A stretch of 64,000 nucleotides of DNA from Eledone cirrhosa (taxonomy: Eukaryota). The DNA lies in the NCBI GenBank assembly GCA_964016885.1, contig OZ024759.1:6572001-6636000 (forward strand), in the 5' to 3' direction. This document shows positions 55,601-64,000 of the stretch, piece by piece. The position numbers and the translations under genes are program-made. Each line of letters opens with the position of its first letter. Within the stretch, counting starts at the first letter, position 1. The notes beneath the pieces were generated by a model that saw nothing but the letters and a program-made list of their open reading frames with translations, did not search any database and was not told the origin of the DNA.

Positions 55601-58600
55601 CTCCCATATATACCAGTCTCCTCTCCACACCACGGATGATGTCCAAGTTTTATGTAAGACCAGTAGTCTCCCATGTATACCAGTCTCTCCTCTCCACACC
55701 ACTGATAATGTTCAAGGTTTATGTAAGACCAGTAGTCCCCCATATATACCAGTCTCTCCTCTCCACACCACTAATAATGTCCAAGGTTTATGTAAGACCA
55801 GTAGTCCCCCATATATACCAGTCTCTCCTCTCCACACCACCGATGATGTCCAAGTTTTATGTAAGACCAGTAGTCTCCCATATATACCAGTCTCTCCTCT
55901 CCACACCACTGATGATGTCCAAGGTTTGTGTAAGACCAGTAGTCCCCCATATATACCAGTCTCTCCTCTCCACACCACCGATGATGTCCAAGGTTTAAGT
56001 AAGACCAGTAGTCTCCCATATATACCAGTCTCTCCTCTCCACACCACTGATGATGTCCAAGGTTTGTGTAAGACCAGTAGTCCCCCATATATACCAGTCT
56101 CTCCTCTCCACACCACCGATGATGTCCAAGGTTTAAGTAAGACCAGTAGTCTCCCATATATACCAGTCTCTCCTCTCCACACCACTGATGATGTCCAAGG
56201 TTTGTGTAAGACCAGTAGTCCCCCATATATACCAGTCTCTCCTCTCCACACCACCGATGATGTCCAAGTTTTATGTAAGACCAGTAGTCTCCCATATATA
56301 CCAGTCTCTCCTCTCCACACCACTGATGATGTCCAAGGTTTGTGTAAGACCAGTACTCCCCCATATATACCAGTCTCTCCTCTCCACACCACTGATGATG
56401 TCCAAGGTTTGTGTAAGACCAGTAGTCCCCCATATATACCAGTCTCTCCTCTCCACACCACAAATGATGTCCAAGGTTTGTGTAAGACCAGTAGTCTCCC
56501 ATATATACCAGTTTCTCCTCTCCACACCACAAATGATGTCCAAGGTTTATGTAAGACCAGTAGTCCCCCATATATACCAGTCTCTCCTCTCCACACCACC
56601 GATGATGTCCAAGGTTTGTGTAAGACCAGTAGTCTCCCATATATACCAGTCTCTCCTCTCCACACCACCAATGATGTCCAAGGTTTGTGTAAGACCAGTA
56701 GTCTCCCATATATACCAGTCTCCTCTCCACACCACCAATGATGTCCAAGGTTTGTGTAAGACCAGTAGTCTCCCATATATACCAGTCTCTCTTCTCCACA
56801 CCACCGATGATGTCCAAGGTTTGTGTAAGACCAGTAGTCTCCCATATATACCAGTCTCTCCTCTCCACACCACTGATGATGTCCAAGGTTTGTGTAAGAC
56901 CAGTAGTCTCCCATATATACCAGTCTCTCCTCTCCACACCACCGATGATGTCCAAGGTTTGTGTAAGACCAGTAGTCTCCCATATATACCAGTTTCTCCT
57001 CTCCACACCACAAATGATGTCCAAGGTTTATGTAAGACCAGTAGTCCCCCATATATACCAGTCTCTCCTCTCCACACCACCGATGATGTCCAAGGTTTGT
57101 GTAAGACCAGTAGTCTCCCATATATACCAGTCTCTCCTCTCCACACCACCAATGATGTTCAAGGTTTGTGTAAGACCAGTAGTCTCCCATATATACCAGT
57201 CTCTCCTCTCCACACCACCGATGATGTCCAAGCTTTGTGTAAGACCAGTAGTCTTCCATATATACCGGTGTCTCCTCTCCACAGCACCAATGATGTCCAA
57301 GGTTTGTGTAAGACCAGTAGTCTCCCATATATACCAGTCTCTCTTCTCCACACCACCGATGATGTCCAAGGTTTGTGTAAGACCAGTAGTCTCCCATATA
57401 TACCAGTCTCTCCTCTCCACACCACAAATGATGTCCAAGGTTTGTGTAAGACCAGTAGTCTCCCATATATACCAGTCTCTCCTCTCCACACCACAAATGA
57501 TGTCCAAGGTTTGTGTAAGACCAGTAGTCTCCCATATATACCAGTTTCTCCTCTCCACACCACAAATGATGTCCAAGGTTTATGTAAGACCAGTAGTCCC
57601 CCATATATACCAGTCTCTCCTCTCCACACCACCGATGATGTCCAAGGTTTGTGTAAGACCAGTAGTCTCCCATATATACCAGTCTCTCCTCTCCACACCA
57701 CCAATGATGTCCAATGTTTGTGTAAGACCAGTAGTCTCCCATATATACCAGTCTCCTCTCCACACCACCAATGATGTCCAAGGTTTGTGTAAGACCAGTA
57801 GTCTCCCATATATACCAGTCTCTCTTCTCCACACCACCGATGATGTCCAAGGTTTGTGTAAGACCAGTAGTCTCCCATATATACCAGTCTCTCCTCTCCA
57901 CACCACTGATGATGTCCAAGGTTTGTGTAAGACCAGTAGTCTCCCATATATACCAGGTCTCTCCTCTCCACACCACCGATGATGTCCAAGGTTTGTGTAA
58001 GACCAGTAGTCTCCCATATATACCAGTTTCTCCTCTCCACACCACAAATGATGTCCAAGGTTTATGTAAGACCAGTAGTCCCCCATATATACCAGTCTCT
58101 CCTCTCCACACCACCGATGATGTCCAAGGTTTGTGTAAGACCAGTAGTCTCCCATATATACCAGTCTCTCCTCTCCACACCACCAATGATGTTCAAGGTT
58201 TGTGTAAGACCAGTAGTCTCCCATATATACCAGTCTCTCCTCTCCACACCACCGATGATGTCCAAGATTTGTGTAAGACCAGTAGTCTTCCATATATACC
58301 GGTGTCTCCTCTCCACAGCACCAATGATGTCCAAGGTTTGTGTAAGACCAGTAGTCTCCCATATATACCAGTCTCTCTTCTCCACACCACCGATGATGTC
58401 CAAGGTTTGTGTAAGACCAGTAGTCTCCCATATATACCAGTCTCTCCTCTCCACACCACTGATGATGTCCAAGGTTTGTGTAAGACCAGTAGTCTCCCAT
58501 ATATACCAGTCTCTCCTCTCCACACCACCGATGATGTCCAAGGTTTGTGTAAGACCAGTAGTCTCCCATATATACCAGTTTCTCCTCTCCACACCACAAA

Positions 58601-59810
58601 TGATGTCCAAGGTTTATGTAAGACCAGTAGTCTCCCATATATACCAGTCTCCTCTCCACGCCACCAATGATGTCCAAGGTTTGTCTAAGACCAGTAGTCT
58701 CCCATATATACCAGTCTCCTCTCCACACCACGGATGATGTCCAAGGTTTGTGTAAGACCAGTAGTCTCCCATATATACCAGTCTGTCCTCTCCACACCAC
58801 TGATGATGTCCAAGGTTTATGTAAGACCAGTAGTCTCTCATATATACCAGTCTCCTCTCCACACCACCAATGATGTCCAAGGTTTGTGTAAGACCAGTAG
58901 TCTCCCATATATACCAGTCTCTCCTCTCAACACCACCAATGATGTCCAAGGTTTGTCTAAGACCAGTAGTCTCCCATATATACCAGTCTCCTCTCCACAC
59001 CACGGATGATGTCCAAGTTTTATGTAAGACCAGTAGTCTCCCATGTATACCAGTCTCTCCTCTCCACACCACTGATAATGTTCAAGGTTTATGTAAGACC
59101 AGTAGTCCCCCATATATACCAGTCTCTCCTCTCCACACCACTAATAATGTCCAAGGTTTATGTAAGACCAGTAGTCCCCCATATATACCAGTCTCTCCTC
59201 TCCACACCACCGATGATGTCCAAGTTTTATGTAAGACCAGTAGTCTCCCATATATACCAGTCTCTCCTCTCCACACCACTGATGATGTCCAAGGTTTGTG
59301 TAAGACCAGTAGTCCCCCATATATACCAGTCTCTCCTCTCCACACCACCGATGATGTCCAAGGTTTAAGTAAGACCAGTAGTCTCCCATCTATACCAGTC
59401 TCTCCTCTCCACACCACTGATGATGTCCAAGGTTTGTGTAAGACCAGTAGTCCCCCATATATACCAGTCTCTCAAGACCAGTAGTCTCCCATATATACCA
59501 GTCTCTCCTCTCCACACCACCGTTGATGTCCAAGGTTTGTGTAAGACCAGTAGTCTCCCATATATACCAGTCTCTCCTCTCCACGCCACCAATGATGTCC
59601 AAGGTTTGTCTAAGACCAGTAGTCTCCCATATATACCAGTCTCTCCTCTCCACACCACGGATGATGTCCAAGGTTTGTGTAAGACCAGTAGTCTCCCATA
59701 TATACCAGTCTCTCCTCTCCACACCACCGATGATGTCCAAGGTTTATGTAACACCAGTAGTCCCCCATATATACCAGTCTCTCCTCTCCACACCACCGAT
59801 GATGTCCAAG
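52692..59810. repeat. 69-bp satellite, ~103 copies, with higher-order periodicity
   Basis: GATGATGTCCAAGGTTTGTGTAAGACCAGTAGTCTCCCATATATACCAGTCTCTCCTCTCCACACCACC. Confidence 0.97.
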
Positions 59811-59856
59811 GGAAAGACAATGGCTGATACAGCTTGACACCAGTGACATCGTATCT

Positions 59857-61088
59857 CATATATATATACTATATATACACTATATATACATTATATATAC
59901 ACTATATATACTATATATACATTATATATACACTATATATACATTATATATACATTATATATACATTATATATACACTCTATATACACTATATATACATT
60001 ATATATACACTCTATATACACTATATACACTGTATATACACTATATATATACACTATATATACACTATATATACACTATATATACACTATATATATACAC
60101 TATATATACACTATATATACACTATATATATACACTATATATACACTATATATACATTATATATACATTATATATACTTTATATATACACTATATATACA
60201 TTATATATACATTATATATATACACTATATATACACTATATAAACACTATATATACATTATATATACACTATATATATACACTATATATACACTATACAT
60301 ACACTATATATACATTATATATACATTATATATACACTATATATACACTATATATACACTATATATACACTATACATACACTATATATACATTATTTATA
60401 CATTATATATACACTATATATACACTATATATACACTATATATACATTATATATACACTATATATATACATTATATATACACTATACATACACTATATAT
60501 ACATTATATATATACACTATATATACACTATATATACATTATATATATACACTATATATACACAATATATACCCTATATATACACTATATATATACACTA
60601 TATATATACACTCTATATACACTATATATACATTATATATACACTATATATACACTATATATACACTATATATACACTATATATACACTATACATACACT
60701 ATATATATATTATATATACACTATATATACACTATATATACATTATATATATACACTATATATACACTATATATACACTATATATACACTATATATATAC
60801 ACTATATATACACTATACATACACTATATATATATTATATATACACTATATATACACTATATATACACTATATATACATTATATATACACTATATATACA
60901 CTATATACATTATATATACACTATATATACATTATATATACACTATATATACACTATATATACATTATATATACACTGTATATACACTATATACATTATA
61001 TATACACTATATATACATTATATATACACTATATATACATTATATATACACTGTATATACACTATATACATTATATATACACTATATA
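59857..61088. repeat. (TATATATACAC)n-type minisatellite
   Basis: Direct inspection. Confidence 0.95.
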
Positions 61089-61435
61089 TGATGTTGTCCA
61101 AGGGAAAAGCAATGGCTGATACAGCTTGGTACCAGTGACGTCACAACTCTACAGCTGAGTAAACTGGAGCAATGTGAAATAAAGTGTCTTGCTCAAGGAC
61201 ACAACGTAAAGCCCAGTCTGAGAATTGAACTGACGACCTCCCGATCGTATGCCCGACGCTCATACCCAGAGGATCTCAAATTGGGAGCTACCCCCCTCCC
61301 CCCGGTGGGAGAATTGAGAAGGTCCATGGGGTGCTGATGCCTAACGGGATGGTAGAGATGATATATTAATATCAAATGATGCTATATATATATAGTAAGT
61401 CAATACCCGTCCTTTTCCATATAGTTGAAGGCTAT

Positions 61436-64000
61436 AAACCACCACTATCAGAGAGCTCTAAACCCCACTATCAGCGGGCTCTAAACCCCACTATCAGAGA
61501 GCTCTAAACCCCACTATCAGAGAGCTCTAAACCCCACTAACAGAGAGCTCTAAACCCCACTATCAGAGGGCTCTAAACCCCACTAACAGAGAGCTCTAAA
61601 TCCCACTATCAGAGAGCTCTAAACCCCACTATCAGAGAGCTCTAAACCCCACTATCAGAGAGCTCTAAACCCCACTAACAGAGAGCTCTAAACCCCACTA
61701 TCAGAGGGCTCTAAACCCCACTAACAGAGAGCTCTAAATCCCACTATTAGAGAGCTCTAAACCCCACTATCAGAGAGCTCTAAACCCCACTATCAGAGAT
61801 CTCTAAACCCCACTATTAGAGAGTTCTAAACCCCACTATCAGAGAGCTCTAAACCGCACTATCAGAGGGCTCTAAACCCCACTATCAGAGAGCTCTAAAC
61901 CCCACTATCAGAGAGCTATAAATCCCACTATCAGAGAGCTCTAAACCCCACTATCAGAGGGCTCTAAACCTCACTAAAAGAGAGCTCTAAATCCCACTAA
62001 CAGAGAGCTCTAAATCCCACTATCAGAGAGCTCTAAACCCCACTATCAGAGGGCTCTAAACCCCACTAACAGAGAGCTCTAAATCCCACTATTAGAGAGC
62101 TCTAAACCCCACTATCAGAGAGCTCTAAACCCCACTATCAGAGGGCTCTAAACCCCACTATCAGAGATCTCTAAACCCCACTATCAGAGAGTTCTAAACC
62201 CCACTAACAGAGAGCTCTAAATCCCACTATCAGAGAGCTCTAAACCCCACTATCAGAGAGCTCTAAACCCCACTAACAGAGAGCTCTAAATCCCACTATC
62301 AGAGAGCTCTAAACCCCACTATCAGAGGGCTCTAAACCCCACTATCAGAGATCTCTAAACCTCACTATTAGAGAGTTCTAAACCCCACTATCAGAGAGCT
62401 CTAAACCCCACTATCAGAGGGCTCTAAACCCCACTATCAGAGAGCTCTAAACCCCACTATCAGAGAGCTCTAAACCCCACTATCAGAGAGTTCTAAACCC
62501 CACTAACAGAGAGCTCTAAATCCCACTATCAGAGAGCTCTAAACCCCACTATCAGAGAGCTCTAAACCCCACTAACAGAGAGCTCTAAATCCCACTATCA
62601 GAGAGCTCTAAACCCCACTATCAGAGAGCTCTAAACCCCACTATCAGAGGGCTCTAAACCCCACTAACAGAGAGCTCTAAATCCCACTATTAGAGAGCTC
62701 TAAACCCCACTATCAGAGAGCTCTAAACCCCACTATCAGAGATCTCTAAACCCCACTATTAGAGAGTTCTAAACCCCACTATCAGAGAGCTCTAAACCCC
62801 ACTATCAGAGGGCTCTAAACCCCACTATCAGAGATCTCTAAACCCCACTATCAGAGAGCTCTAAACCCCACTATCAGAGGGCTCTAAACCCCACTATCAG
62901 AGATCTCTAAACCCCACTATCAGAGAGCTCTAAACCCCACTATCAGAGGGCTCTAAACCCCACTATCAGAGAGCTCTAAATTCCACTATCAGAGAGCTCT
63001 AAACCCCACTATCAGAGGCATCTAAACCCCACTATCAGAGGGCTCTAAACCCCACTATCAGAGAGCTCTAAACCCCACTATCAGAGAGCTCTAAACCCCA
63101 CTATCAGAGAGTTCTAAACCCCACTAACAGAGAGCTCTAAATCCCACTATCAGACAGCTCTAAACCCCACTATCAGAGGGCTCTAAACCCCACTAACAGA
63201 GAGCTCTAAATCCCACTAACAGAGAGCTCTAAATCCCACTAACAGAGAGCTCTAAATCCCACTATCAGAGGGCTCTAAACCCCACTATCAGAAGGCTCTA
63301 AACCCCACTATCAGAGAGCTCTAAATCCCACTATCAGAGAGCTCTAAACCCCACTATCAGAGGGCTCTAAACCCCACTATCAGAGATTTCTAAACCCCAC
63401 TATCAGAGAGCTCTAAACCCCACTATCAGAGAGCTCTAAATCCCACTATCAGAGAGCTCTAAACCCCACTATCAGAGAGTTCTAAACCCCACTAACAGAG
63501 AGCTCTAAATTCCACTATCAGAGAGCTCTAAACCACACTATCAGAGGGATCTAAACCCCACTATCAGAGAGCTCTAAACCCCACTATTAGAGAGTTCTAA
63601 ACCCCACTATCAGAGAGTTCTAAACCCCACTAACAGAGAGTTCTAAACCCCACTAACAGAGAGCTCTAAACCCCACTATCAGAGAGCTCTAAACCCCACT
63701 ATCAGAGAGCTCTAAACCCCACTATCAGAGGGATCTAAACCACACTATCAGAGAGCTCTAAACCCCACTATCAGAGAGCTCTAAACCCCACTATCAGAGG
63801 GATCTAAACCCCACTATCAGAGGGCTCTAAACCCCACTATCAGAGAGTTCTAAACCCCACTATCAGAGGGATCTAAACCCCACTATCAGAGGGCTCTAAA
63901 CCCCACTATCAGAGAGTTCTAAACCCCACTATAAGAGAGTTCTAAACCCCACTAACAGAGAGCTCTAAATTCCACTATCAGAGAGCTCTAAACCCCACTA
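61436..64000. repeat. 23-bp satellite running off the window end
   Basis: AAACCCCACTATCAGAGAGCTCT, about 110 copies. Confidence 0.97.

Larger units (their letters stand above)
52632..61265 (-). mobile_element. SINE family B inflated to 8.6 kb by internal repeat expansions
   Basis: tRNA-like head at about 61140-61265 and tail at 52632-52692 are collinear with the 300-bp SINE at 11151-11452. Confidence 0.8.

Noticed and set aside
52562-59859. Very long repetitive ORFs (up to 824 aa) on both strands
   Set aside because: Produced by a 69-bp unit (multiple of 3) open in several frames; indels switch frames freely, so no sign of coding selection

Overview
Eukaryotic, AT-rich, microsatellite-saturated DNA with no recognisable host gene. 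The SINE families and (TA)n/(CA)n/(TACA)n load resemble octopus (cephalopod) genomic DNA; that assignment is an inference. Almost all long ORFs in the track are repeat artefacts. Real coding remnants: a near full-length RTE-clade LINE (APE-RT plus three C-terminal C2H2 fingers, 3 in-frame stops), three Penelope-like (PLE) RT/GIY-YIG fragments, RTEX and R4/Dong-type LINE 3' ends, and an internally deleted mariner. Non-coding elements: two SINE families, a 9-bp-TSD MITE, non-autonomous Helitrons, an unclassified asymmetric inverted-repeat element in three versions, and six satellites. Main signal: about 17 intact or decayed minimal type I hammerhead ribozyme (HHR) motifs from about 10 unrelated (TA)n-embedded repeat families. 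These include two non-coding HHR-bearing tandem units (591 nt and 528 nt) built like retrozymes or PLE pseudo-LTRs, one using the compensatory U3-A8 core. Satellite birth from inside a SINE (69-bp array, 7 kb, with higher-order structure) and from a Helitron 3' end (57-bp array) can also be read directly from the sequence. All folds and alignments were done by eye.
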